This document shows, one piece after another, positions 49,736 through 59,090 of a DNA stretch of 64,000 bases. The notes beneath the pieces were generated by a model. The model was not told the DNA's origin, did no database searches, and saw only the letters and a list, made by a program, of their open reading frames with translations. Source of the DNA: an uncultured Verrucomicrobiae bacterium (GTDB taxonomy: Bacteria > Verrucomicrobiota > Verrucomicrobiia > Chthoniobacterales > JAFAMB01); contig CAVXLD010000001.1 of the NCBI GenBank assembly GCA_963762565.1, forward strand, positions 800,001-864,000, in the 5' to 3' direction. Positions within the stretch are counted from its first letter, which is position 1, and each line of letters begins with the position of its first letter. The position numbers were made by a program, and so were the translations under genes.

Positions 49736-51007
49736 ATGAAAATAAATAAGTATCTCCCCTTAACAAAGCTCGCCACTGCGCTGGCTCTGTTAGTACCCTT
49801 CGCCGCGTTTGCGGATAACGCCAAGAAACTGGAAGTCTTTTCTTGGTGGACATCCGGAGGCGAGGCAGCCGCGCTCGATGCCTTATTCAAGGTCTACAAA
49901 GAGCATAACCCCGGAGTCGAAATCATTAACGCCACGGTTGCCGGCGGCGGTGGTTCCGCTGCCCGTGCCGTCCTGCAAACTAGACTCGCCGGCGGCAACC
50001 CGCCAGACACATGGCAATCTCACCCAGGTTGGGAACTCTTGGGACAATATGTCGACCCTGGCTATTGCGAGCCGCTCAACGACATCTACCAAGCTGAGAG
50101 TTGGCAAAAGGTTTTACCAGCCCAGCTGATTACGCTGCTTACTAAGGATGGCAAACAATGGTGCGTTCTGGCCGGCGTCCATCGCGGGAACGATCTCTGG
50201 TACAATAAGAAAGTTCTGGATAAGGCTGGTATCAAGATCGGCGACAAGATCAGCATTGATGAATTCTTGGCCGATTGCGCCAAACTAAAAGCGGCCGGCG
50301 TAACCCCCCTCGCGGTTGGAGATTCGGGCATCTGGGCTACTGCCCAGCTTTTTGAGAATACGCTGCTCGGCACGGTTGGACCGGACGGCTGGACGGCTTT
50401 GTTCAGCGGGAAGATGTCCTTCGACGATCCAAAAGTGAAACAGGCCGCCCAGAGCTACGCCAAAATACTGGAGTATCAGAATGCGGATCATTCGGCGCTG
50501 ACCTGGGACCAGGCTATCAAAGCGGTTGAGGAAGGCCGTTGTGCGTTTTCGTCGATGGGAGACTGGGCGCACGGCGAATTCACCAAAGCTAACCTTAAAG
50601 ATAACGTTGATTTCGGTTGGGTCTCGCATCCGGGCACGAGCGGCGGATTCATCGTCGTGGCCGACGGTTTCACTCTCGCCAAGAATGCGCCCCACAAGGC
50701 CGAGACAGTCGCTTGGCTGAAAAGCCTCGGCAGCAAACAGTCGCAGGAGGAATTCAATCCCCTGAAGGGCTCGATTCCGGTTCGAACTGATGTCGATAAG
50801 AGCAAGTTCGGGCCTTACCATCAATGGTCGATGAAGTCTTTCTCTTCCGACGCATTGCTTGCCAGTTGTGTCCATGGTGAAGCCGCACCGGCTGCATTCC
50901 AGCAATCGTTAAATGACGCGATCACGCAGTTCGTAGTCGATAAGAATGTAGATGCCTTTTGTTCGGCTTTAGTCCAGGCGGCTAAAGACTCTAACATGGT
51001 GAAGTAG
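49736..51007 (+). CDS. Sugar ABC transporter substrate-binding protein
   Basis: Signal peptide, SWWTSGGEAAAL, HRGN, MGDW, FNPLKGSIPVR. Confidence 0.92.
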   Translation: MKINKYLPLTKLATALALLVPFAAFADNAKKLEVFSWWTSGGEAAALDALFKVYKEHNPGVEIINATVAGGGGSAARAVLQTRLAGGNPPDTWQSHPGWELLGQYVDPGYCEPLNDIYQAESWQKVLPAQLITLLTKDGKQWCVLAGVHRGNDLWYNKKVLDKAGIKIGDKISIDEFLADCAKLKAAGVTPLAVGDSGIWATAQLFENTLLGTVGPDGWTALFSGKMSFDDPKVKQAAQSYAKILEYQNADHSALTWDQAIKAVEEGRCAFSSMGDWAHGEFTKANLKDNVDFGWVSHPGTSGGFIVVADGFTLAKNAPHKAETVAWLKSLGSKQSQEEFNPLKGSIPVRTDVDKSKFGPYHQWSMKSFSSDALLASCVHGEAAPAAFQQSLNDAITQFVVDKNVDAFCSALVQAAKDSNMVK

Positions 51008-51024
51008 CGCCCTCACTCACGAAC

Positions 51025-51046
51025 GGAGTGGGCATCTGCCCACTCC
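51025..51046 (+). other. Hairpin after the binding-protein gene (possible mRNA stabiliser or partial terminator)
   Basis: GGAGTGGGCA-TC-TGCCCACTCC. Confidence 0.45.
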
Positions 51047-51080
51047 TCTGTGGGTCTCACCCTTACTCAGGGATCCAGCA

Positions 51081-52154
51081 ATGAATCCGCTGCCAGCGAC
51101 GAATAGTGGAGGTACCCAGCGGGTCTCCAACCAGCTAAATCAGAACCAAGAGACCGGTCGCCCACTCCGGCTGACACGTCGCCTCTCTGATCGGATCTTA
51201 TCGCCGGCCATCTTGTCTCCAGCGATGATTTTGATCGTGCTCTTTGTCTATGTGTTCATCGCGATCACGATCTGGGTCTCGCTGTCGAATTGGCACACTT
51301 TGAAGATCGACATGACCTTACGTCAGCCGATCTGGGCTACCTATCAACAGATGTTCGTGATGCCGCGTTGGCATGCTGACTTGCGGAACGTTTTTATTTT
51401 CACGACGCTCTTCCTTACTTTTTCCCTCGGGCTAGGGCTGGTGCTCGCCTTGTTATTAGATCGCAAACTCCTTGGGTACACGATCTTCAGAAACGTCTTT
51501 CTGTTTCCTTATTCTCTCTCTTTTATTGTTACTGGTATCGCCTGGCGCTGGATCTTCAATCCGGAGACAGGCATTAACGTCCTTATTGATGCACTCGGGA
51601 TTAACAAGTTGATTACGGGATTAGGAGGTCCAGCCCTGCATCCCGGCTGGACGACGGACCCATCGGTTCTTCTACCGCTAAACAACTGGCTGGGGGCCAT
51701 TTTTCCACCGGTTACGAGTCTCAGCGTTCAATTGGGCATTCCGATGGCCCTGATCCCGGTCGTGATTGCGGCAACCTGGCAACTAACCGGCTTCGCGATG
51801 TCCATGTACATTGCCGGCCTTGCGACCGTCCCTCACGAATTACGCGAAGCCGCCAGGATTGATGGAGCCACAGAATTTCAGGTCTACACCAGAGTCATTA
51901 TACCGCAGTTGCGTCCCGTGACGGTTAGTACCGCGATCATCCTTGGTCATGTCTCCCTTAAGATTTTCGACCTGATTTTTGCGATGACCGGTGTCGGTCC
52001 CGGTTTCGCCACGGATGTACCCGGCATCTTCGTTTTTGAGCAGACTTTCAAGGCTACTCGCTACAATTTGGGGGCGGCAGCATCAATAGTAATGCTATTG
52101 CTCGTCAGCATGATCATTGTTCCCTACCTCTGGACAAATCTTAGGAAACGCTAA
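51081..52154 (+). CDS. Sugar ABC permease
   Basis: EAARIDGA EAA loop, TM segments. Confidence 0.92.
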   Translation: MNPLPATNSGGTQRVSNQLNQNQETGRPLRLTRRLSDRILSPAILSPAMILIVLFVYVFIAITIWVSLSNWHTLKIDMTLRQPIWATYQQMFVMPRWHADLRNVFIFTTLFLTFSLGLGLVLALLLDRKLLGYTIFRNVFLFPYSLSFIVTGIAWRWIFNPETGINVLIDALGINKLITGLGGPALHPGWTTDPSVLLPLNNWLGAIFPPVTSLSVQLGIPMALIPVVIAATWQLTGFAMSMYIAGLATVPHELREAARIDGATEFQVYTRVIIPQLRPVTVSTAIILGHVSLKIFDLIFAMTGVGPGFATDVPGIFVFEQTFKATRYNLGAAASIVMLLLVSMIIVPYLWTNLRKR

Positions 52155-52156
52155 CT

Positions 52157-53017
52157 ATGGCTGCTCGCACTTTCTCTTTTCCGATTCGGGCTAATTTACC
52201 TAAGAAACGGGGCGACTATTTCACTCTGGTCTTTCTGCTGCTTTGCCTAGGTTTCTTTCTCATGCCGATCTACGTGATGCTAGTTACTGGTTTGAAGGAA
52301 GCCACTAGCGTCAGCCTGTCGACCATGTGGAACTTGCCCACTCGGCTTAGCGGTGGCGGATTCATGGAGGCATTCGAACGGCTCCGACCGAACATGGGAA
52401 ACAGTCTGATGATTGCTATCCCGGCAACTATCATCTCGGCCTGTTGGGGATCGGTTAATGGCTACTTGTTTGCGAAATGGAAATTTCGAGGATCGAATAT
52501 TCTTTTTGCTATACTCGTCTTTGGTATGTTCATCCCCTATCAGAGTATTCTGATTCCTCTGATTCAATTTCTCGAGATTTTGAAGTTATACGGGACTATT
52601 CCAGGCCTAGTCGCCGTTCATGTAATTTACGGTTTACCCATCGTCAGCCTGATTTTCCGCAATTACTTCGCCAATATACCGGACGAAATGATTGAAGCGG
52701 CCCGCATTGACGGCGCCGGACTCATCCGAATCTTTACCCGGGTCATGTTACCGCTTTCGATGCCCGCTTTCGTCGTGGTGGCTATCTTTCAGTTCACTAA
52801 CATCTGGAATGACTTTCTGTTCGGCGTAACGATCCTACCCAACCCACAATCACAGCCAGTGACAGTGGCCGTAAACAACCTTTCCGGATCGTTTTCGGTG
52901 GATTGGAACGTGGTGATGGCGGGTTCGATCACCGCGGCGCTGCCGACAGCCCTGATCTACATCTTGCTTGGCCGATTCTTTATCCGCGGCCTGCTCGCCG
53001 GGTCTGTTAAGGGGTAA
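52157..53017 (+). CDS. Sugar ABC permease
   Basis: EAARIDGA, WNDFL, C-terminal GSVKG. Confidence 0.93.
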   Translation: MAARTFSFPIRANLPKKRGDYFTLVFLLLCLGFFLMPIYVMLVTGLKEATSVSLSTMWNLPTRLSGGGFMEAFERLRPNMGNSLMIAIPATIISACWGSVNGYLFAKWKFRGSNILFAILVFGMFIPYQSILIPLIQFLEILKLYGTIPGLVAVHVIYGLPIVSLIFRNYFANIPDEMIEAARIDGAGLIRIFTRVMLPLSMPAFVVVAIFQFTNIWNDFLFGVTILPNPQSQPVTVAVNNLSGSFSVDWNVVMAGSITAALPTALIYILLGRFFIRGLLAGSVKG

Positions 53018-53179
53018 GCGCTGCGCGAATAGCGAATAGCCAATAGCCAATAGCAGAGCAGAGATACATACATGTAACATGCTCGGATCAGGAGGAGTCA
53101 TGCTTGTAGCCATCGCAGAGCGTTTAGCGTTCACCGTCCCACCTTGGCTATCGGCTATCGGCTATTGGCTATTCCCCGC

Positions 53180-54688
53180 ATGAGCCCGCCGCGTTACGAC
53201 CTTGTCATCATCGGGACCGGCATGGGTGGAGGTGTCTTAGCCTACGCGCTCAAAGACACTGGAATCAAAATTCTGCTGATTGAACGGGGCGATTTTCTGC
53301 CTCAGGAGCCGGAGAACTGGAGTCCGGAAGCGGTGTTCGATCATAAACGCTATAAACCGCAAGAAACCTGGTATGATGCGACCGAGAAACCTTTCTCTCC
53401 GGGCGTCCATTATTTCGTCGGCGGGAACACGAAGGTTTATGGCGCGGCTCTTCCTCGGCTCAGAAAGGAAGACTTTGGCGAGCTCGAACACGAAGAAGGG
53501 GTGTCTCCGGCCTGGCCCATCACGTACGAACAACTCGAACCCTACTACGAGCAGGCGGAACAACTGCTATCGGTCCACGGCTCATCCGGCGAAGATCCGA
53601 CCGATCCACCGAGAAAAAATCCGTTCCCGTTTCCGCCGGTACCCCATGAAGCCTATATCGAAGACCTTAAGGGACGGATTCAACGCCAAGGGTTACATCC
53701 TTCTTTTCTACCCATGGGAGTCGACCTTCGTGAAGGCGGTCGTTGTATTCGTTGTAAGACTTGTGATGGCTTCCCATGCCAAGTGCATGCCAAGAGTGAA
53801 GCCGATATCTGCTGTGTGCGGCCTGCTGTTTTATCGGAAAACGTGACCTTGATGACCCGCACCTTTGCCCGTCGTCTGCAGACGGATCCTAGCGGTAAGA
53901 AGACAGAAGCAATCGAAGTAGAACAGAATGGCACTATAACCCTCATCCACGCGGACCGATTTGCGGTCTCCTGTGGCGCCGTGAACTCCTCCGCTTTGTT
54001 GCTGCGATCCGCTTCAACTGCTCATCCCGACGGGCTGGCAAACTCTTCGGGCTTGGTCGGCTGTAACTATATGGTCCACAATAATACGGCTTTGATGGCG
54101 GTAGCACCGGGCCGTATCAATCCGACTACGTTTCAGAAAACCATGGTAGTAAATGATTACTATTTTCGCGGGCCTAACGATTGGAAGTACCCGCTAGGTA
54201 ATCTACAGCTCTTAGGCAAACTCCAGGCCGGAATGTTAACCGCTAGCAAGCCGCTGATCCCGCGGTTTTTATTAAAAGCACTAGCTGACCGCAGTGTCGA
54301 TTGGTGGGTGATGTCGGAGGATTTACCAAGGCCCGAAAATCGAGTGGTGGTGAGCGGTCGCGGCCGGATCAACATACATTGGACACCAACCAACCGCCGG
54401 ACGCATTATCGCCTGATATGCGCCGCGAGAACCATGATGAAGCGAGCCGGCTACCCGATTGTCCTGACTCAAACCATGGGGATCGAAACGAACTCACACC
54501 AGTGCGGTACCGCCCGGTTTGGTAATGACCCTCGTAGCTCGGTGTTAGATCCTTTCTGTCGCACCCACGACGTCGAGAACCTTTACGTTGTCGATAGTTC
54601 GTTCTTCCCGTCTTCAGCCGCCTCCAACCCGGCGCTGACGATTGCGGCTCAGGCATTACGGGTGGCAGAGAAGCTCTCGACTGCTTAG
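53180..54688 (+). CDS. GMC family oxidoreductase with a Cys cluster
   Basis: IGTGMGG, VGGNTKVYG, CIRCKTCDGFPC, HQCGTARFG, NPALTI. Confidence 0.9.
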   Translation: MSPPRYDLVIIGTGMGGGVLAYALKDTGIKILLIERGDFLPQEPENWSPEAVFDHKRYKPQETWYDATEKPFSPGVHYFVGGNTKVYGAALPRLRKEDFGELEHEEGVSPAWPITYEQLEPYYEQAEQLLSVHGSSGEDPTDPPRKNPFPFPPVPHEAYIEDLKGRIQRQGLHPSFLPMGVDLREGGRCIRCKTCDGFPCQVHAKSEADICCVRPAVLSENVTLMTRTFARRLQTDPSGKKTEAIEVEQNGTITLIHADRFAVSCGAVNSSALLLRSASTAHPDGLANSSGLVGCNYMVHNNTALMAVAPGRINPTTFQKTMVVNDYYFRGPNDWKYPLGNLQLLGKLQAGMLTASKPLIPRFLLKALADRSVDWWVMSEDLPRPENRVVVSGRGRINIHWTPTNRRTHYRLICAARTMMKRAGYPIVLTQTMGIETNSHQCGTARFGNDPRSSVLDPFCRTHDVENLYVVDSSFFPSSAASNPALTIAAQALRVAEKLSTA

Positions 54689-54715
54689 GCGGTTACATAG
54701 GCGATCAACAGCGAC

Positions 54716-55059
54716 TCTTTGACCATGAAATGGTCCGACAGAACAGCCCAGGGCTTTAGCCCTGGGTAACGACGTAACGGCGTGCGCCCTGAAAGTGGCG
54801 CCCGAAGGAGGTGCGCGACCCCGGAGACGATTCCGTACCCACAACGTCTGGATTGCTCAAAACCACTTTGCAATAACACTTATTTTTGATGTTATTATCT
54901 CAATGGATCAGTCCCTTCATCGAACGGCCTTCGATGAGCGCTACGTTTGGGATTAGGAAACGCCGACCCTCGGGCGCCACTTTCAGGGCGCGGTCTTAGG
55001 GGCAAGTTACCCAGGGCTAAAGCCCTGGGCTGTTCTGTACCACCATTTCATAGTCAAGA
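54716..55059. repeat. MITE-like element with long imperfect terminal IRs
   Basis: ACAGAACAGCCCAGGGCTTTAGCCCTGGGTAAC...CGCCCTGAAAGTGGCGCCC mirrored at 54970-55059. Confidence 0.85.
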
Positions 55060-55098
55060 CCCGCAGGTTTCCCAACGACAAACCGACGGTCTTCACCC

Positions 55099-55527
55099 TT
55101 ATCCCAACAACTTCTTCACCGCCGCATTATGTGCCGCCTGAGGATACATTTTAACAAGTTCTTTATGCAACCGTTCCCGAAACGACTTCGCGGCTTCTGA
55201 CAATGCTGTCAGGGAGTTCTCGCCTACCCCTTCCCCATAACTGGTCGTCACCAAAACCTTTTCGCCTTTTCGCTCAAAACGAATCCAGGCATCTGACTCG
55301 GTGAACTCGAACGTCTCGCTCTGGGTACCACCCTCTAATTTCCTCAGGATCTCCCTGAAACTGGCGGCCAGGTCAATTAATGGGATCCACCCCCACGCCG
55401 CGCTGAAATCCTTCTGCCCAATATGGAAAATCAGATCGCCCAATGCGACCCGGTATCGCAGATCCTCCTCGGTGACGGCAGACCAATCTGTTTCCCGATC
55501 TTCTTTTAAGTGGAAGTCCAAGTGCAT
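55099..55527 (-). CDS. Putative immunity protein
   Basis: Small acidic/aromatic cytoplasmic protein starting 4 nt after the toxin-like ORF. Confidence 0.55.
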   Translation of the reverse strand: MHLDFHLKEDRETDWSAVTEEDLRYRVALGDLIFHIGQKDFSAAWGWIPLIDLAASFREILRKLEGGTQSETFEFTESDAWIRFERKGEKVLVTTSYGEGVGENSLTALSEAAKSFRERLHKELVKMYPQAAHNAAVKKLLG

Positions 55528-55531
55528 AGCT

Positions 55532-55930
55532 CTAGAACGGGAATGCCGTGATCACTTCGTTTCGATTGCTGACTACTACCCGGAGGCGAGTCGCGGGCCC
55601 TCCATCGATCGTCGTTCCGATCTGATGCTGAAAATCGTATTCATAGATCGTTCCGGGACGCCCATGAGTGTTGTGGCGGGCGTGTCCGCTACGGACTGCC
55701 TCATTGATCATGTCGCGGAGATTGGCCTCAGTGATTCCGGCCTGGAACTTGCCGGCACCGGTTGCCGTACTATCGGGCCAATGCCGGGCCATAATATGCT
55801 GCAGTGACCAGCGTGTCAGCGTTACCTGACCGGCTCCGTTTTGGACCTGCGCCGTCTGAGCCATGGTTAAGCCCGGCGTCACTAAGAAACCGCAGGCCAC
55901 AAACAAAACAGTTATAAAGCGAAAATTCAT
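55532..55930 (-). CDS. Signal-peptide-bearing putative nuclease toxin (polymorphic-toxin C-terminal type)
   Basis: Sec-type signal, LQHIMARH motif, C-terminal VVV..NEVITAFP; ATGA overlap with rpe. Confidence 0.6.
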   Translation of the reverse strand: MNFRFITVLFVACGFLVTPGLTMAQTAQVQNGAGQVTLTRWSLQHIMARHWPDSTATGAGKFQAGITEANLRDMINEAVRSGHARHNTHGRPGTIYEYDFQHQIGTTIDGGPATRLRVVVSNRNEVITAFPF

Positions 55931-56586
55931 GCTAGTCCTCGCAGCTCAGTGATCACCGTAGCAGGGTCGATCGCGTGAAATACCGCAGTGCCCGCCACTA
56001 AGACATTAGCTCCAGCTTCAATCGCCGTCCGGGCCGTATTCTGGTGAATACCGCCGTCCACTTCGATGTGAAAATCGAGCTGTTGTTCCTCTCGGATCTT
56101 TCTCGCAGCTCTCACTTTTTCCATCATTTCGGGTATAAAAGCCTGCCCGCCGAAACCGGGATTAACGGTCATCACTAGCAGTAGATCAATCTCGCTCAGG
56201 AAAGGCTCGACTTCGCTGAACGGGGTTGGCGGTTTAATGGCGAGCCCAGCCGTCCGTCCGCTGGCGCGAATCGCAGCAGCGGTCGCTCGGACATCGCAGG
56301 GCGCTTCCACATGAAAAGTAATATTCCGAACGAACGGCTGAAACCGAGGGAAAAAATGATCCGGCCTATCAATCATCAAATGGACGTCCAATGGCACCCT
56401 GGCAACTTTGAAGATCGATTCCGCGATGTCCGGGCCCATGGATAAGTTATCTACAAAGTGACCATCCATGATATCGATGTGGAACCAGTCGGCGCCGGCC
56501 TTTTCCATCCGAACGATTTCCTCGCCTATTCTCGAAAAATCGCACGCTAGGACTGAGGGTGCGATGATGATCGGCTTCGTGCTCAC
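55927..56586 (-). CDS. rpe: Ribulose-phosphate 3-epimerase
   Basis: IAPSVL, HIDIMDGHFV, DVHLM, MTVNPGFGGQ, EVDGG. Confidence 0.97.
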   Translation of the reverse strand: MSTKPIIIAPSVLACDFSRIGEEIVRMEKAGADWFHIDIMDGHFVDNLSMGPDIAESIFKVARVPLDVHLMIDRPDHFFPRFQPFVRNITFHVEAPCDVRATAAAIRASGRTAGLAIKPPTPFSEVEPFLSEIDLLLVMTVNPGFGGQAFIPEMMEKVRAARKIREEQQLDFHIEVDGGIHQNTARTAIEAGANVLVAGTAVFHAIDPATVITELRGLA

Positions 56587-56916
56587 GTTGCTACCTGGAT
56601 TTTCACCACAAGGTCACAAAGACACAAAGCAGCGTGACCGCAATCAAAACTAGTAGCTAGGAGCTAGAATCTAGGAGCTAGGAGGGAATGGATGCGCGTT
56701 GTTCGAGAGCTCCGGAATCAGTCCACCTGTCCACTTGGTCCACCCTGTCCACTCAGTCCACTCAGTCCACTCAGTCCACTGGCGTTTCGGATCCTCCCTT
56801 GACGTGCCTTACCTTGCCCTCCTAGCTCCTAGATTCTAGCTCCTAGCTCCTCCTGAAATGATTTGTCTTTGTAGCTTGGATGCATTTTGTGTGCGATCCA
56901 GGCAAACCAGGTACCA

Positions 56917-57384
56917 ATGTTGGATTTCGAGAGCGACACGTATTTCATGGGAGAAGCGCTTCGCCAGGCACGAAGAGCGTTGGCGGCGGAAGAGGTGCCG
57001 GTCGGCGCGGTCGTAGTATCAGGAGGCAATATCATTGCTCGCGCTTGGAACCAAGTTGAGACCCTTAAGGATGCAACTGCCCATGCCGAAATCCTGGCGA
57101 TCACGCAAGCCGAGAGCGCGATCGGCGACTGGCGCCTCAACGATTGTGATCTGTATGTCACTAAGGAACCTTGCCCCATGTGCGCGGGAGCGATCGTTCA
57201 CGTTCGGCTCCGCCGAGTGATCTTCGGTTGCCCAGATGCGAAAGGAGGCGCCGCCGGCAGCATGATCAATCTTTTGCAAATGCCTCAACTGAACCACCGC
57301 TGTTTGATCACCGCAGGTGTCCGCGAGGAGGAATGCCGCCAACTTCTCCAAGACTTCTTCCGCGATAAACGGGCTAGTGAATAA
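56917..57384 (+). CDS. tadA: tRNA adenosine(34) deaminase
   Basis: EVPVGAV, HAE, EPCPMCAGA, FF..KR. Confidence 0.95.
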   Translation: MLDFESDTYFMGEALRQARRALAAEEVPVGAVVVSGGNIIARAWNQVETLKDATAHAEILAITQAESAIGDWRLNDCDLYVTKEPCPMCAGAIVHVRLRRVIFGCPDAKGGAAGSMINLLQMPQLNHRCLITAGVREEECRQLLQDFFRDKRASE

Positions 57385-57577
57385 ATAGCTGGCCGCCGCG
57401 CCGAGCGAGCTTCTGGCGGCCGGCAATCATCGCCGCTGCTTCATCGGCTGCGACTTTTGCAACCTCACGACTCCCATAGGTCCTATACGTCCCATAGGTC
57501 CCATCCGTTCCCGAGCCCCTGACGATCTACCGCTTCATCGGCTGACCGCCGGCCGTCAACCGCAAACGGCCCCGCCT

Positions 57578-58558
57578 TCACCGAATTAGCATGCAATCAC
57601 CGTAGCTGAAGAACCGGTACTTTGATGCCACTGCTTCCCGATACGCCTCCAGAATAAAATCTCGGCCGGCAAAGGCTGCCACTAACATCAACAACGTGGA
57701 TTTCGGGAGATGAAAGTTCGTCAACAGACTATCCACGCGCCGGAACTCAAAGGGAGGATAGATAAAGATATCGGTCGCCGCCAGACCAGGAACAATCCGC
57801 TGCTTCCGAAGCATCACGGTTTCCAACGTTCTTACCGTGGTTGTACCCACGGCGATTACCCGCTTTGCCGTAGCAATCCGGCCCGCGGCCTCGTTCTCAA
57901 TTTCGAACCACTCCTCATGCATAGGATGCTCGCGAATATCCTCGGTCTTAACCGACAGGAAGGTCCCGATCCCAACTCTTAATGTGATAAACGCATGGGG
58001 AAGAGCAGCCAATAGCTCCGGCGTGAAATGCAAGCCGGCGGTCGGCGCCGCCACGGCTCCGGGCTTGGCGGCAAATACCGTCTGATACCGTTCCGTATCC
58101 TCCGGCTCCGTCTCCCGGTGGATGTAAGGTGGTAACGGCATTTCACCTACGCGAGAAAAATCAATCGGGTCATCGAACTGGATGACTCGTTCCCCCGACG
58201 GTTCAACCTTAAGGACGCTGCCGGAAACAGGTCCATCAGAGAACCGCTTGCCATCTCGGAACCAATGTCCCGGTCGAACCAGGCATCGCCAAGTCCTTGG
58301 GTCGAGCTGCTCCAACAGCAAGAGTTCGGCTTTCCTTTCTCGGAACCGAATTCGAGCCGGAATCACCTTGGTGTTATTGAGGACTAACAACTCCTCAGGT
58401 CCAACAAACTCCGGAATATCGCAGAACAAATGATGAGTGATACTTTGTTTCTCCCGATCAAGCACCATCATCTTGGCCTGATCCCGGACCGGCGCCGGAC
58501 GCGAGGCAATCAGCCCCGGAGGCAATTTGTAATCGTAGTCTGCAGTCAGGAAACTCAT
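57578..58558 (-). CDS. queA: S-adenosylmethionine:tRNA ribosyltransferase-isomerase
   Basis: NNTKVIPAR, PLPPYI, AAPTAGLHF, TNFHLPKSTL, FSYGD. Confidence 0.97.
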   Translation of the reverse strand: MSFLTADYDYKLPPGLIASRPAPVRDQAKMMVLDREKQSITHHLFCDIPEFVGPEELLVLNNTKVIPARIRFRERKAELLLLEQLDPRTWRCLVRPGHWFRDGKRFSDGPVSGSVLKVEPSGERVIQFDDPIDFSRVGEMPLPPYIHRETEPEDTERYQTVFAAKPGAVAAPTAGLHFTPELLAALPHAFITLRVGIGTFLSVKTEDIREHPMHEEWFEIENEAAGRIATAKRVIAVGTTTVRTLETVMLRKQRIVPGLAATDIFIYPPFEFRRVDSLLTNFHLPKSTLLMLVAAFAGRDFILEAYREAVASKYRFFSYGDCMLIR

Positions 58559-58602
58559 GCTAACGGATCAGTCACTAAATGAAACGCGAACCGTGAATAA
58601 AT

Positions 58603-59088
58603 GCCACCGAGAACGGACCAGATAAAACGCGAATAAACACGAACGGAAAGGAATAGAATTTCTTCAGGCGCTCACAAAGGACCTAGGCAATGCTGGACTG
58701 TTCGGGCCGAGGCGAAACAATAAAACGAACCGCAGATGAACGCAGATTTTACGCAGATACGAGGCATAAACCGGGCGAAACACGATTGTCCATTGGCGAT
58801 CCGAGGACACTAAGAGGGTAATATCCGCAGATTACACAGATTACGCAGATTACGATTTAAGGTTTGAGCGGGCTTTTTGGGGAAACGAAACCGTCACTAG
58901 GCGGTGTTTAGCTCACGACCCGTATTAAGGCTCCAGACGAAATCTGCGTAATCTGCGTAATCTGCGGATAATTCATCTCAGGAAAACGTTAGTCCAAGTA
59001 GGCTAGGCTGCTCCAGCGCGTCGCCTGTCGGGGTGTCTTCCCGGTTCATTTTATCTGCGTTAATCTGCGGTTGAATGTTCTCGGTGGC
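58603..59088. repeat. Nested inverted repeats built from CGCAGAT-type 9-mer tandem units
   Basis: Outer 12-bp IR GCCACCGAGAAC/GTTCTCGGTGGC; CCGCAGATGAACGCAGAT vs ATCTGCGTTAATCTGCGG; CCGCAGATTACACAGATTACGCAGATT vs AATCTGCGTAATCTGCGTAATCTGCGG. Confidence 0.82.
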
Positions 59089-59090
59089 CG

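Noticed and set aside
56747..56780. Tandem GTCCACTCA and other intergenic arrays as a CRISPR array
   Set aside because: Units are 7-9 bp without unique 30-40 bp spacers, and no cas genes are present
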